Made by a program: the position numbers and the translations under genes | NCBI GenBank assembly: GCA_964595725.1 | Contig: CAZQRQ010000001.1 | Location: 10,221-74,220, forward strand | Direction of reading: 5' to 3' | DNA from: an uncultured Rikenellaceae bacterium | GTDB lineage: Bacteria > Bacteroidota > Bacteroidia > Bacteroidales > VadinHA17 | DNA: 64,000 bases | Notes under the pieces: model-generated | The model's input: only the letters and a program-made list of their open reading frames with translations | The model's database searches: none | Told to the model about the DNA's origin: nothing | In this document: in pieces, positions 30,333 to 41,494 of the stretch | How positions within the stretch are numbered: the first letter of the stretch is position 1 | Layout: each line of letters opens with the position of its first letter

Positions 30333-32120
30333 ATGGCAATAAATCCAAAATCTGTATTACCCCATATTCCTGATAAACCGGGGGTTTACCAGTTCAGGGA
30401 TTCTGCTGGCAATGTCCTGTATATAGGAAAAGCAAAGAACCTCAGGAAGAGAGTCACGTCATATTTCAGTAAAAATCAGTCGGGTAAAACAAATGCCATG
30501 CTGAGACGGACCAGTGCAATAACACACATTATTGTTGACAATGAATCCGATGCTTTGCTGCTAGAAAACAATATGATAAAAGAGTTGCAACCCCGGTATA
30601 ATATACTTCTGAAGGACGATAAGACATTTCCGTGGATATGTATAAAGAATGAACCTTTCCCTCGAGTATTCAGTACCAGGAATGTTATTCAGGATGGTTC
30701 TCTTTATTTCGGTCCATATACGTCCGGGTTAATGGTTAAAACAATAATCACTCTTTTAAGGCAGCTTTACCAATTGAGAACGTGTAATTTAAATCTTGCT
30801 GACGAAAGTATAAGGTCAGGTAAATTAAAAGTATGCCTCGAATATCATCTGGGTAATTGCAGGGGCCCGTGCGTGGGAAAACAGAGCGCTGAAGATTATG
30901 GAGAGAATGTAAAACAGATCCGTAACATATTGAAAGGCAACATTAGTTCGGTAATAGAACACCTTAGAAGGGTAATGAAAGATTATTCTGATAAACTGAA
31001 GTTCGAGGAAGCCCAGAGAATCAAAGATAAGATAGAAATATTGCAGAAATACAGGAGCAGATCAACCATCGTCAGTTCTTCAATTAAAAATGTCGACGTA
31101 TTTGGTTATTCTGACGACCCGAATGCAGCTTATATCAATTATATGAAAGTTTCACAAGGTGCTATAATACAGGCGTTTACACTTGAATTGAGAAGCCGTG
31201 TAGAAGAAGAAAAGGAATCACTGCTGGGTATCGCTATTACTGAGATAAGGCAGAGACTTGAGAGTGACGCAAGGGAAATAATTGTGCCGTTTAGGCCAGA
31301 TATGCTGATAGATAAAGTAAAATATACTGTTCCCGAGATAGGCGATAAGAAGAAATTGCTTGAACTTGTGACCCGTAATGCAATTTATTACAGGCTTGAG
31401 AGAAAGAAAGCACGGGCAGAAAACGACAAGAATGCACGTACAGGCAAAAACCTTGAAAAAGTCATGAGGGATCTTCACATGCCGGAGCAGCCTGTACATA
31501 TAGAGTGTTTCGATAATTCCAACATAATGGGGTCAAATCCTGTTGCAGCATGTGTCGTATTTAAGAATGGGCGTCCAAGTAAAAGGGATTACAGGCATTT
31601 TAATATCAGAACTGTTTCTGGGCCTGACGATTTTTCTTCTATGGAAGAAATAATATACAGGAGATATAAGAGGATGCTCGAAGAAAAACACGGCTTACCC
31701 CAGCTGATCATAATCGACGGGGGAAAAGGGCAGCTTTCATCTGCTATCAAAAGCATTGAAAAACTGAAGCTTAGAGATAAAGTTACAATTATAGGAATAG
31801 CTAAAAGGCTGGAGGAGATATATTTTCCGGGGGATTCAATACCTGTCTATCTTGATAAAAATTCTTATACACTGAGGCTGATACAGAAGCTGAGGGATGA
31901 AGCACACAGGTTCGGCATTAATTTTCACCGGGATAAGAGATCAGCTGAAATGACCAGATCAGGCCTTGATGCTATCCACGGTATCGGCCCGAAAACAAAA
32001 GACTTGCTTTTAAAAAACTATAGTTCTATTGAAGAAATAAAAGATGCTGATAATGATGAACTTGATAAGCTTATTGGACCTGCCAGGTCAAGAATAATAA
32101 GGGAATACTTCAGCGATTGA
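30333..32120 (+). CDS. uvrC: Excinuclease ABC subunit C
   Basis: GIY-YIG motif (PGVYQFRDSAGNVLYIGKAKNLRKRV), a UVR domain, and an endonuclease plus HhH2 C-terminus. I placed the start at the ATG at 30333; the track begins at a GTG at 30264. Confidence 0.95.
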   Translation: MAINPKSVLPHIPDKPGVYQFRDSAGNVLYIGKAKNLRKRVTSYFSKNQSGKTNAMLRRTSAITHIIVDNESDALLLENNMIKELQPRYNILLKDDKTFPWICIKNEPFPRVFSTRNVIQDGSLYFGPYTSGLMVKTIITLLRQLYQLRTCNLNLADESIRSGKLKVCLEYHLGNCRGPCVGKQSAEDYGENVKQIRNILKGNISSVIEHLRRVMKDYSDKLKFEEAQRIKDKIEILQKYRSRSTIVSSSIKNVDVFGYSDDPNAAYINYMKVSQGAIIQAFTLELRSRVEEEKESLLGIAITEIRQRLESDAREIIVPFRPDMLIDKVKYTVPEIGDKKKLLELVTRNAIYYRLERKKARAENDKNARTGKNLEKVMRDLHMPEQPVHIECFDNSNIMGSNPVAACVVFKNGRPSKRDYRHFNIRTVSGPDDFSSMEEIIYRRYKRMLEEKHGLPQLIIIDGGKGQLSSAIKSIEKLKLRDKVTIIGIAKRLEEIYFPGDSIPVYLDKNSYTLRLIQKLRDEAHRFGINFHRDKRSAEMTRSGLDAIHGIGPKTKDLLLKNYSSIEEIKDADNDELDKLIGPARSRIIREYFSD

Positions 32121-32124
32121 CTTC

Positions 32125-32140
32125 TGTTTCACGTGGAACA
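32125..32140. other. parS centromere-like ParB binding site (site 2)
   Basis: TGTTTCACGTGGAACA is the exact reverse complement of the canonical parS consensus TGTTCCACGTGAAACA (16/16). It lies in the convergent gap between uvrC and the HAD hydrolase gene. Confidence 0.8.
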
Positions 32141-32165
32141 AGGAAGTACAGACAGCTGGTTGGTT

Positions 32166-32777
32166 TTATAAAACGGCAATATCAGCTATTTTCAGTAACT
32201 GACCTCGCATATCGTCCGGATCTTCAACGTGGAGAGCCTTCATACCGACATTCTCTGCACCGGTTACATTAACGGGGGTATCATCTGCAAAAAGGCATTC
32301 TTCAGGTTTTAGCGAATATTTGTCCATAAGTATCTCATATATCTTCCTGTCGGGCTTGGAGGCTTTGGCTCTTGCTGATATAAGGCCTCCGTCGAAATAT
32401 TTAAAGAATTCATATCTGCTGCATAGCTCATCAAAGATGTCATCAGGGAAGTTGGAGAGAAAATATAGCTTAAAACCCTGTTTTTTTAATCCAGGAAGCA
32501 TTTTTACGGCAGGGTCGAGGGGGAATAGTATTTTTAGTCGCAAGTCGAAAACAGCCCTTATTTCATGCTTTTTCATCATTGTTCTTTCAGCAATCCGGTC
32601 AATAGCCTCATCGATTGAAATATCACCATTATCCAGCAGTCGCCATTCAGAACTCCTGAATATGTTATTATAGATAACTAATGTCTCTTCCGCATTGTAA
32701 CCATTCCGGATAAAGTATTCCTCAGGCTTCCAGCTTAGTAATACATTACCGAGGTCAAATATCAGGTTCCTGATCAT
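32166..32777 (-). CDS. HAD-superfamily (subfamily IA) hydrolase
   Basis: Motif I FDLGNVL, motif II LSN, and motif IV FADDTPVNV. Confidence 0.8.
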   Translation of the reverse strand: MIRNLIFDLGNVLLSWKPEEYFIRNGYNAEETLVIYNNIFRSSEWRLLDNGDISIDEAIDRIAERTMMKKHEIRAVFDLRLKILFPLDPAVKMLPGLKKQGFKLYFLSNFPDDIFDELCSRYEFFKYFDGGLISARAKASKPDRKIYEILMDKYSLKPEECLFADDTPVNVTGAENVGMKALHVEDPDDMRGQLLKIADIAVL

Positions 32778-34099
32778 GGATTCTTCATTGATGTTGGCTG
32801 GCCCGTTGCCTCAAGGACATTCCACCAGAGTTCTCCGTTAATATCAATTTTTTTTCGCCGGGATGTTGCCAGGGGAACAGGCAGCAGGGTGAATAAGTTG
32901 TTCCAGTTGCCTATCACAAAATCTGTCTTACCGGCCATTGCTGCATGCACGGCATTCTGTGCAAGAAGGTTACAGAATTTGCTGTCATTAGGATTAGCAG
33001 GTGCACTTCTGATGATATAGCTCGGATCAATATACCTGATAGAATATGGAAAATTTTTGTTATCAAACTCTTCCTTAATCTTTTCTTTCAGGTATATTCC
33101 TATATCCTTGTGTTTTATATTACCTGATGTGTCTTTAACCTGTTCCGATTTGTCAAAGAAATCCTGTCCCGCACCTTCAGCCACCACGATTACTGCATGA
33201 TGCCTTTCCTCAAGTCGTTTGCGGAGTATTTTAAGGAAGCCTCTCTGGCCATACAGATCGAATGATATTTCCGGGATGAGAACAAAATTTACTTCCTGGA
33301 TCGCCAGGGCAGCATGGGCAGCTATAAATCCAGAATCCCTACCCATAAGCTTAACAAGAGCAATTCCGTTATAAGCACCTGAAGCCTCATTATGTGCATA
33401 CCTTATAATATCGTTGGCAATAGAGAATGCCGTTTCAAATCCGAAAGATTTATCTATAAGGTTAATGTCATTATCAATAGTTTTTGGTATACCCGCCACT
33501 GCAATTTTCAGCTTTCTTTTCAGAACTTGCTGATGAATTGCATGAGCCCCTCTGAGTGTTCCGTCACCACCGATGCAGAAAATAATATTCACATTCAAAA
33601 TTTCAAGTGTGTCGACGATATGACCCATATTCTGGTTCCCTCTTGATGATCCCAGGAATGATCCTCCTATCAGGTGTATATTGCTGACCATTTGAGGGGT
33701 AAGTTCAACTACAGGATGATTATATTTGGCCACGAGACCTTCAAAACCAAACTTTATCCCCAGGATTCTTGACACCCCATACCTGTAATATAATTCGTTT
33801 ACAAGGCTCCTGATTACATTGTTTAGTCCCGGGCAGAGGCCTCCGCAGGTAACAATTGCTACCTTGGTTTTTGCAGGTTCAAAGAAAATGTTCTCGTGTG
33901 GTCCGGCCTTCTCAAAAGTAAGAGGTTCCTCTCCACTTTCCCTGCAGCGATTGAAGTTTTCCAGTGAGACATCGTATATGACTCTTTCACTCTCCTCAAC
34001 AAATTTAAATAGAGGGCTGTAATTCCTGACAGCCAGGGCAAGAGGTGATTTGACCGATGCCTTTCCCAGCGTTGTGATATTAAAATCAGAATTATTCAT
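32774..34099 (-). CDS. pfk: 6-phosphofructokinase (long form; GGDGT motif suggests ATP-dependent)
   Basis: TCGGLCPGLNNVIR, GGDGTLRGA, PKTIDNDI and MGRDSG motifs. ATG at 34099 chosen; an in-frame TTG at 34129 would add 10 codons. Confidence 0.88.
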   Translation of the reverse strand: MNNSDFNITTLGKASVKSPLALAVRNYSPLFKFVEESERVIYDVSLENFNRCRESGEEPLTFEKAGPHENIFFEPAKTKVAIVTCGGLCPGLNNVIRSLVNELYYRYGVSRILGIKFGFEGLVAKYNHPVVELTPQMVSNIHLIGGSFLGSSRGNQNMGHIVDTLEILNVNIIFCIGGDGTLRGAHAIHQQVLKRKLKIAVAGIPKTIDNDINLIDKSFGFETAFSIANDIIRYAHNEASGAYNGIALVKLMGRDSGFIAAHAALAIQEVNFVLIPEISFDLYGQRGFLKILRKRLEERHHAVIVVAEGAGQDFFDKSEQVKDTSGNIKHKDIGIYLKEKIKEEFDNKNFPYSIRYIDPSYIIRSAPANPNDSKFCNLLAQNAVHAAMAGKTDFVIGNWNNLFTLLPVPLATSRRKKIDINGELWWNVLEATGQPTSMKNP

Positions 34100-34242
34100 G
34101 TAAGCAGGATTTAATTTATAAACTGGCAAACAACATGGTTTTCAACAGGTATCCGATAACCAAAAATAGATAAAATTGAGATATGGGACAACCCACTGTT
34201 TACAAAACAATTGTATTTATTGGCTAATGTATGATTGGGATC

Positions 34243-35148
34243 CTAATAGGCACCTTTTACTTTCATTGCCATCCTGTAAAGTCCCGTTGAAGCTGTGATG
34301 AACAGGCTCTTCCTGTCTCTTCCCCCGAAACAGACATTTGCGATCCATCTTTCGGGAACAGGAATATTGCCGAGAAGCTTACCGGTTTTATCATAGACGG
34401 AAACACCCCTGCCGGTAAGGTAAAGATTTCCTTCCGTGTCGAGGGTAATACCATCTGATCCCATATCACAAAAGAGCTTTTTATCTGTAATTGATCCGTC
34501 AGGGTTTATTTTATAAGAGTATGTTTTCCTGCCCCCCATATCAGCGATATAAAGTGTTTTACCGTCGGGAGTTCCGATTATCCCGTTAGGCTGCACCAGG
34601 CTTTCATCAAGTCGTTTAAGGATTTTTCTGTCAGCTGAAAGGAAGTAGACACACTGCTTATCCTGAGGCATATCAGTATGGTCCCAAAAGTCTCTTTTGA
34701 AGAAAGGATCAGAGAAATAGATGCTTCCGTCGGGAGCAACCCAAATGTCGTTCGGGCCATTAAATACGGCATTATTGTATTTTTCCACAACGATCTCTGT
34801 GCTTTTGTCCGGAGCAATTCGCCAGATCTGGTTTTTTGCTTCTGTACACGACCACAGGTATCCCTTATTGTCAAAGAACATCCCGTTAGACCTGCCGCAA
34901 GGCTGCATATAAGTCGACAGTTCTCCGTCAACACTGTATTTCATTATCCTGTCGTTTGGCTGATCGGTGAAATAAACATTGCCTTCCTTGTCGGCGGTGG
35001 GACCCTCGGTGAAGGATAAGTCACCTGCCACCTTTTCAAGTGTTGCTCCATCTTTAATTACCTGGATAGGAAGAGTTTCCTGTCCAGATGAATTACTGAA
35101 AAAGATTCCAAGTAATAATGCTATTGATAAAATGAATTTTCCACGCAT
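34243..35148 (-). CDS. SMP-30/gluconolactonase/LRE-family beta-propeller protein (secreted)
   Basis: Signal peptide. FTEGPTADKEGNVYFTDQPNDRIMKY and the repeated PNGI/PDG...LY blade motifs. Confidence 0.78.
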   Translation of the reverse strand: MRGKFILSIALLLGIFFSNSSGQETLPIQVIKDGATLEKVAGDLSFTEGPTADKEGNVYFTDQPNDRIMKYSVDGELSTYMQPCGRSNGMFFDNKGYLWSCTEAKNQIWRIAPDKSTEIVVEKYNNAVFNGPNDIWVAPDGSIYFSDPFFKRDFWDHTDMPQDKQCVYFLSADRKILKRLDESLVQPNGIIGTPDGKTLYIADMGGRKTYSYKINPDGSITDKKLFCDMGSDGITLDTEGNLYLTGRGVSVYDKTGKLLGNIPVPERWIANVCFGGRDRKSLFITASTGLYRMAMKVKGAY

Positions 35149-35181
35149 GATTTTTAGTATTGAAGATAATATTTTCGTTTT

Positions 35182-36108
35182 TTATATGGCAGTACTGAGT
35201 ACGTTCCTCATTCTGGAGGAATAGTTATCGATCTGGGGTGGAAACTCGAAGCCCACAATAATCATGTCAACTGTCCCCAGCCCAAGAACATACTTGATGG
35301 CCTGGTCTATTTTTTCAGAATCATCACGATAGCTCCCGTTACCGATCAGTTTCATTCCAATGATTCCTTTTCCTGATTTGTGCATCTGTTCTATTATTGG
35401 CACCACATCATTGGGATCTCTGGAATCCATTGTTGATCCGAACGGATTTATCCTGCAATGAATTACATCAACCCAGGGACTTGCAGCAGCAGTTTTCATT
35501 GCAGCAAGGCTATGTACTGACACACCATGCGCTCTTATTATATTTTTTGCCTTAAGGGTTTCAAGGATATCCATTTGCTTTTTATACTCATCTGTCCATG
35601 TACCGGAAGTCATCAGGTGCAACTGGATAAGGTCGATATAATCTGTATTAAGTTCTTTCCGGAACCTGTCGACAACAATATTTGCATCCGGCCGCTCGGC
35701 TTCCGGAATACCCCCGCTCTTGCTTATCCATATTTTAGAGCCCAGCGTATATGAATCACGGGGTATGCCTTTCAATGCTTCCATCGTATGAGGATGGGTT
35801 CCATAGGCATCAGCACAATCAAAGAATCTAATACCTTTTTCATAAGCATACCTGATAAGTGCAATTGCAGTATCTTTTCCTGCCCTTGTAATATTTGAGG
35901 ACCTGTTAGTACCATTGTATCCGGTTCCCATACCCAGCAAGGTGGTTTTTATACCTGACTTCCCTAAAGCAACAGTCTGAAATGGATCTGCACTGGCATA
36001 TGAAATATCTGAAGGTATTGCAAAAGCGGACTTACCGAGTAAAAGGGTACCTGCTCCTGCAGTTATCGTGGTCATAAACTCCCTGCGACTGAACATCTTT
36101 CTTTTCAT
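35182..36108 (-). CDS. Aldo/keto reductase with twin-arginine (Tat) signal
   Basis: SRREFMTTITAGAGTLLLGKSAFA Tat-type signal, then AKR motifs (GIRFFDCADAYG, YIDLIQLH). Confidence 0.82.
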   Translation of the reverse strand: MKRKMFSRREFMTTITAGAGTLLLGKSAFAIPSDISYASADPFQTVALGKSGIKTTLLGMGTGYNGTNRSSNITRAGKDTAIALIRYAYEKGIRFFDCADAYGTHPHTMEALKGIPRDSYTLGSKIWISKSGGIPEAERPDANIVVDRFRKELNTDYIDLIQLHLMTSGTWTDEYKKQMDILETLKAKNIIRAHGVSVHSLAAMKTAAASPWVDVIHCRINPFGSTMDSRDPNDVVPIIEQMHKSGKGIIGMKLIGNGSYRDDSEKIDQAIKYVLGLGTVDMIIVGFEFPPQIDNYSSRMRNVLSTAI

Positions 36109-36221
36109 GATAACCTGTATTTTATTTTACCTGCTAAAGATAGAAAAAAATAGATCCGTTCAAATTACGTTCATAACATGCATATATCACTATTTACCCT
36201 TTGCAATTACCATTTTAGAGC

Positions 36222-38399
36222 TTACTGGAGTACTCTTACTTTTAAGTTAGATTGATACCTTGAATCGTGATAAATCCTTTGTGTGGCTTTCTGGAAGTCA
36301 TCTTCGGAACATTTATATATATCCACATACTTCTGGGGATTCCTGTCGACCAGGGGAAACCATGAATTCTGTATCTGTATCATTATCCTGTGTCCTTTTT
36401 TGAAAGTATGGGCTATATCTGGCAGATCAAATTTAACCTCTGTAACCCTACCGGGTGCAAATGGTTCAGGCTTTTCAAAGCTATTGCGGAAGCGACCCCT
36501 GAAGACATCACCTCTTACAAGCATCTGGTAACCCCCGAGAGGAACTTTAATATCCTCATTTTGCGGTTGTTTAGTATCAGGGGGAAATACATCTATTAAC
36601 TTGACCACATAATCTGCATCTGTCCCTGATGTGGAAACAAACAGGTCGGCTGACAGGGGTCCTGTAAGAGTAATGTCTTCGGACAGGACATCTGTCTGAT
36701 AAACCATAACATCGGGTCTTCGCGATGCAAACCGCTGGTCATCAGTCATATATTCACGAGTCCTGTTAAGATGGACATCCTCGGTGTATGGAACTGGCTT
36801 CATTGGATCAGAAACATATTCATCATAGCTTTCTTTTAGGGTCGATGAGCTGAAATCCAGTTTTCCTGATGCCCCGAGGTAAAGGCTCTTTTCAGCAATA
36901 TTCTGAGGAGGCCAAGTTTTAAAAGTCCGCCACTCATTTGAACCTGTAATAAACATCATAGCTTCCGGGACTGATAAAGATTCGTTTTCTTTAAGGTATT
37001 GGTTGAAAAACTGTTCCTCCAGCTCAATATATTTTTTATTGGCATCCATACCCCAGTATATATTTCCCAGATTGCGTGCTCCCCCGGAGGCCCACTGACC
37101 ATGAGACCAGGGACCCATTACAATGGTATTTTTGACAGACTGGCTGTTCTGACTCTCAATTGCAGAGTAGACATGAAGGGCGCCATAGAGATCTTCAGCA
37201 TCGAACCATCCACCGACAGTCATAACGGCGGGTTTTACATTTGTAAGATATTGCCTGGGGTCTCTTGCTTTCCAGAATTCATCGTAGTTGGGATGAGAGA
37301 ACGCATCATTCCAGAACTTAATGCTGTCACCAAGGTATTTTGCTGAAAGATTCTTTACTGGACCAACAGACATGAAAAACTCGTAATTATCGGGAGTTGG
37401 ATATCTGAATCTTGGAAAGCCATTTCTTGAAGGCTGCCTGAAAATTCTTCCAAAACTATAATAAAAGCTGAAGCAATCGAGCATGAAAAATGCACCGTTA
37501 TGATGAAAATCATCTCCTATGAACCATGCAGTTACCGGCGCCTGAGGTGATACGGCTTTAACGGCCGGATGAGCATCAATAATTCCCATTGTAGAATAGA
37601 AGCCGGGATACGAAATGCCGTATATACCTACATTTCCATTATTATTCGCAACATTTTTTATAAGCCAGTCGACAGTATCCCATGTATCTGAAGATTCATC
37701 TGTATCCTTATTGCCCTTTTTATCAGGAATATAAGGTCGGATATCTTCAAAATCCCCCTCACTCATATATCTGCCCCTTACATCCTGAAAAACCATAATG
37801 TACTCTTCCTCAAGGTAACGGCTGTATGCCAGGAGAGAATATCTGTACTCATCCGGGCCTCCTGGTTCTATGTTGTAAGGCGTTCTGTTAAGAAGTATAG
37901 GGTGCTTTACAGATATATTTTTGGGTGTATATATGGAAGTGAAAAGCCTGACTCCATCCCTCATAGTTATATAAATTTCTTTCTTATCGTAAATTTTCTT
38001 GAGACTCTGCTGGCTGAAGCCGGAGGCCTCAACAGGTGTCCTTCCGAAAGAGACATTAATTATAGCTCCATTCTGTTCAATATTACCGGTTATCCGATTA
38101 TATGAGGAATTTACAGTACCGGTATACTTTAAACCCATACCGGCATTTGTAAACGAAAAATCGGGATATTTAAATGTTGTTGTTGTGGCAGGCATGCCAA
38201 ACACTCCCTGGTCTGGACTGTCCCAGGTCAGTGTGTAACGATCACCTGAAGCTTCAACATGAAGGGAAAGACGCAGAGTAATTCCCTGTATTTCTCCGGC
38301 ACCGTGCCAGTCGCCATCTATAGACTGGCTGTAGGAATAAGATGAGAACATCAGTATGACTGTTGTCAGACCGAAAATGTCGAGTAGTTTTCTTTTCAT
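36222..38399 (-). CDS. CocE/NonD-family (S15, Xaa-Pro dipeptidyl-peptidase-like) serine hydrolase
   Basis: Signal peptide. LLNRTPYN, the nucleophile elbow GISYPGFY, and a C-terminal beta-sandwich domain (GHRIMIQIQNSWFP). Confidence 0.82.
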   Translation of the reverse strand: MKRKLLDIFGLTTVILMFSSYSYSQSIDGDWHGAGEIQGITLRLSLHVEASGDRYTLTWDSPDQGVFGMPATTTTFKYPDFSFTNAGMGLKYTGTVNSSYNRITGNIEQNGAIINVSFGRTPVEASGFSQQSLKKIYDKKEIYITMRDGVRLFTSIYTPKNISVKHPILLNRTPYNIEPGGPDEYRYSLLAYSRYLEEEYIMVFQDVRGRYMSEGDFEDIRPYIPDKKGNKDTDESSDTWDTVDWLIKNVANNNGNVGIYGISYPGFYSTMGIIDAHPAVKAVSPQAPVTAWFIGDDFHHNGAFFMLDCFSFYYSFGRIFRQPSRNGFPRFRYPTPDNYEFFMSVGPVKNLSAKYLGDSIKFWNDAFSHPNYDEFWKARDPRQYLTNVKPAVMTVGGWFDAEDLYGALHVYSAIESQNSQSVKNTIVMGPWSHGQWASGGARNLGNIYWGMDANKKYIELEEQFFNQYLKENESLSVPEAMMFITGSNEWRTFKTWPPQNIAEKSLYLGASGKLDFSSSTLKESYDEYVSDPMKPVPYTEDVHLNRTREYMTDDQRFASRRPDVMVYQTDVLSEDITLTGPLSADLFVSTSGTDADYVVKLIDVFPPDTKQPQNEDIKVPLGGYQMLVRGDVFRGRFRNSFEKPEPFAPGRVTEVKFDLPDIAHTFKKGHRIMIQIQNSWFPLVDRNPQKYVDIYKCSEDDFQKATQRIYHDSRYQSNLKVRVLQ

Positions 38400-38482
38400 T
38401 TCATTATAAGTTATTATCAGATGTCCTGTTGACTCAGGGTTAATTAATAGTATCTGTGTGACTGAATATCAGTATCGCGGAA

Positions 38483-38890
38483 TTATTTAAGGCCGAGAAT
38501 GCTTACTAATCCTTCAGGGGAAACCGGTCTTCCGTTTTTTGTGGCAACCCCGGTGACCTTGGCATTAACAATAAGTTTGCGGTCATGTAACCTCAGAATC
38601 TCCTGCTCAAAAACAAGCCTGACATTACCTTGCCTCCTGACATCAACTGTTACTATAAAATGGTCCCTGCTTTTAAGCGGAAATTTATAATCGATCTCCA
38701 CTCTGCTCACTATCAGGTCAATGCCGTCACTGTGAAGATTTGCGAAGCTTATCCCTTGTGAAACCAGGAATTGATGCCGTGCATGCTCAAGATAATGCTG
38801 GTAATTAGCATTATTGACGATTCCCTGCAGATCACATTCGTAATCCCTGACGGCAAATTCCAGTTCAAAAATACTTCTTTTATCAGTCAT
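38483..38890 (-). CDS. 4HBT/YbgC-type acyl-CoA thioesterase
   Basis: 135 aa hotdog fold. VRDYECDLQGIVNNANYQHYLEHAR is the typical 4HBT N-terminus. Confidence 0.78.
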   Translation of the reverse strand: MTDKRSIFELEFAVRDYECDLQGIVNNANYQHYLEHARHQFLVSQGISFANLHSDGIDLIVSRVEIDYKFPLKSRDHFIVTVDVRRQGNVRLVFEQEILRLHDRKLIVNAKVTGVATKNGRPVSPEGLVSILGLK

Positions 38891-38946
38891 AATAATCGCA
38901 TTTTATACTTTTACAATAAATCCTCATTCCTCATTGCAAGCCTGTT

Positions 38947-41361
38947 CTAGAAAGATTCAGGACTTATCCTTATTTCCTTTCCGGCAGTGGTGATCACATT
39001 GATTGTCTTATCTTCGTACCTGATCCTGGTCTGGCCGGTGAAATCTGGTATTATCACAGCTTTTACCAGTTTCCCGTTTATCCATGTCTCATCGACGGTG
39101 AATCCACCACGTGCCCTAAGTCCTCTTATAGTTCCTTCTTTCCATGCAGAAGGAAGTGCCGGCAACAGGTGAATTTCACCCTGGTGACTCTGTAGCAACA
39201 TTTCGGCTATTCCTGATGTGCCGCCGAAATTACCGTCGATCTGGAAAGGAGGATGCGCGTCAAAAAGATTGGGATAAGTTCCTCCGCCACTATATTTGGT
39301 ATCAGGCTCCGGGCTGACATAATGCAGGTGTGTTCTCAGCATCTTGTATGCATGATCGCCATCAAGCAAACGGGCCCATGTATTTATTTTCCATGCCTTA
39401 CTCCAGCCGGTTCCTCCGTCTCCCCGTAGTTCAAGGGAGCGCCTGGCAGCAGTCGCAAGAGCAGGTGTTGTTAAAGGGGAAATCTGGTTATCAGGATATA
39501 GGCCTATAAGATGTGATATATGGCGGTGGTATGGATCTGCATCATCCCAGTCGTAATACCACTCCCGGAGGTTGCCTTTGCGCCCTGTCTGGTAAGGGTG
39601 TAACGCGGAGACAGCACTCTTTACCTCTGCAGCAAATTCTTCATCTGTTGCAAGCAGGTCCGAAACGGTTATTATCTTATTGAAAAGACCCCTTATAAGG
39701 GCAAGATCTGATGTTCCACCGTAAAGGACCGACCCCGTTGTACCATCAGGCATTTTATAATTGTTTTCAGGCGAAGTAGAAGGTGCAGTAATCAAAAATC
39801 CTTTCGAATCATATACCAGGAAATCAAGACAGAAACGTGCTGCCCCTTTCATTATCGGCCAGGCATATTTTTTCAGCCATGCTGTATCTCCGTTAAATGC
39901 GAAATGATCATAGAGGTGAAGGCAATACCAAGGTCCTGCCATTGACCAGTTAGCCCAGACAGGATCCCCCTTGCCAAAGTTACCGACAGGATTGGTCATA
40001 GCCCAGATATCCGTGTTGTGACTGCAACACCAGCCTCCGCAACTATAGAATGTTTCAGCCGTTACTTCACCCGTTTTTGTTAGTCTTCCCACAAATTCAA
40101 GCAGCGGCTCATGAGTTTCAGCAAGATTGGTAACCTCTGCCGGCCAGTAGTTCATTTCAGCGTTTATGTTTGTCGTGTAATTGCTGCTCCAGGGCGGACG
40201 AAGATGCGGGTTCCAGATGCCCTGGAGATTAGCCGGCATGCCGCCCTGGCGGGAAGAACTGATAAGCAGGTACCGGCCAAACTGGAAATATAAAGCTTCG
40301 AGATTAAAATCATCAGTAGAATCTGAATAATTCATAAGTCTCTTGTAGATCGGAAGATCTGGCGCTTCTGCATCGTTTATCGAAAGGCTGACACGGTTGA
40401 ACAATGTACTGAAATCGTTCGAGTGCCTTGTCCGGAGATCATTTAAGGTCATGATTGCTGCCTTGTCAATAATCTCGTTGGCAATCAGCTTTTCATCCCT
40501 GCCTTCAAGGCCAGGCTCTTTATCAAATCCATTATAGCTTGTTGCGGTTGATACCAGGATGACAGCTTCAGACGCATCATGTATACGAAGATCTCCTGAA
40601 ACAGATTCAATCTGACCATCCGTTCGCACTATCCTTGCCATCATCCTGAAGCGCATACCTTTTCCGGTCAAATCATATTGTATCGGATCAGGTACATTGT
40701 TATAATTGGGTTCAGCATGTACAGGTACATGCCCGTCCATAATGAGTGTGGCATTACCGGTAAACGTCGAAGATTTAAAAAGGCTGGTAGATGATATTGT
40801 AAAATCAAGTGAACCGGGATTGCTTCCTGTTAAATGAATAACAGCAACCCGGTCTGGATTGGATACGAAGAACTCCCTCCGGAAGCTGTTTTTGCCGCAT
40901 GTGTAACTGACAATTGCGATTCCGGTTGACAAATCCAGCTCTCTGTGGTAGTTTTCTATTGAGTCTGCATGCGGGAAGTTGATCAGCAGGTTTCCCAATG
41001 GAGCGTATGATTCAGAAAATTTACCCTGCATGTTCCTGGTGAGCTGTTCTGCAAGCTTATAATCTTCGGCAAAAAGGGCTTTCCTGACAGGATCGAGATT
41101 TTTCCAGGCATCGGGATTCATGTATGGGTCCACCGGACCTCCGGTCCATAAAGAGGATTCGTTTAGGACGATATCTTCTATGAATGGATCGCCCTTGATC
41201 ATCATACCTGTAAAACCGTTTCCCAGGGGAAAGGCTTCCTCGAAACAGCTTGCGGGCTTATCAAACCAGACAATGTATTCAGCAGGCTTGTTCGTGAGGC
41301 ATCCGTTTACAATAAAAATGAATGCCAGGAGAACCATTAGTGAATTGAACCGGATTTTCAT
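38947..41361 (-). CDS. Glycoside hydrolase family 95 (alpha-L-fucosidase type)
   Basis: 804 aa with a signal peptide. The WFDKPA N-terminus, LQGIWN and [12 protein letters not shown] motifs are characteristic of GH95. Confidence 0.88.
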   Translation of the reverse strand: MKIRFNSLMVLLAFIFIVNGCLTNKPAEYIVWFDKPASCFEEAFPLGNGFTGMMIKGDPFIEDIVLNESSLWTGGPVDPYMNPDAWKNLDPVRKALFAEDYKLAEQLTRNMQGKFSESYAPLGNLLINFPHADSIENYHRELDLSTGIAIVSYTCGKNSFRREFFVSNPDRVAVIHLTGSNPGSLDFTISSTSLFKSSTFTGNATLIMDGHVPVHAEPNYNNVPDPIQYDLTGKGMRFRMMARIVRTDGQIESVSGDLRIHDASEAVILVSTATSYNGFDKEPGLEGRDEKLIANEIIDKAAIMTLNDLRTRHSNDFSTLFNRVSLSINDAEAPDLPIYKRLMNYSDSTDDFNLEALYFQFGRYLLISSSRQGGMPANLQGIWNPHLRPPWSSNYTTNINAEMNYWPAEVTNLAETHEPLLEFVGRLTKTGEVTAETFYSCGGWCCSHNTDIWAMTNPVGNFGKGDPVWANWSMAGPWYCLHLYDHFAFNGDTAWLKKYAWPIMKGAARFCLDFLVYDSKGFLITAPSTSPENNYKMPDGTTGSVLYGGTSDLALIRGLFNKIITVSDLLATDEEFAAEVKSAVSALHPYQTGRKGNLREWYYDWDDADPYHRHISHLIGLYPDNQISPLTTPALATAARRSLELRGDGGTGWSKAWKINTWARLLDGDHAYKMLRTHLHYVSPEPDTKYSGGGTYPNLFDAHPPFQIDGNFGGTSGIAEMLLQSHQGEIHLLPALPSAWKEGTIRGLRARGGFTVDETWINGKLVKAVIIPDFTGQTRIRYEDKTINVITTAGKEIRISPESF

Positions 41362-41494
41362 AGATGATTGTTATAGAGAATACGCCAACAATTTACGAAA
41401 TCTCCAGTTTTTTTTACCGCAGATTTAGCAGATAATCGTTGATGGATTTGGGTAGGCCAGAGTGATCTGCGGAAAAAACAAATGAATCTGAAGA

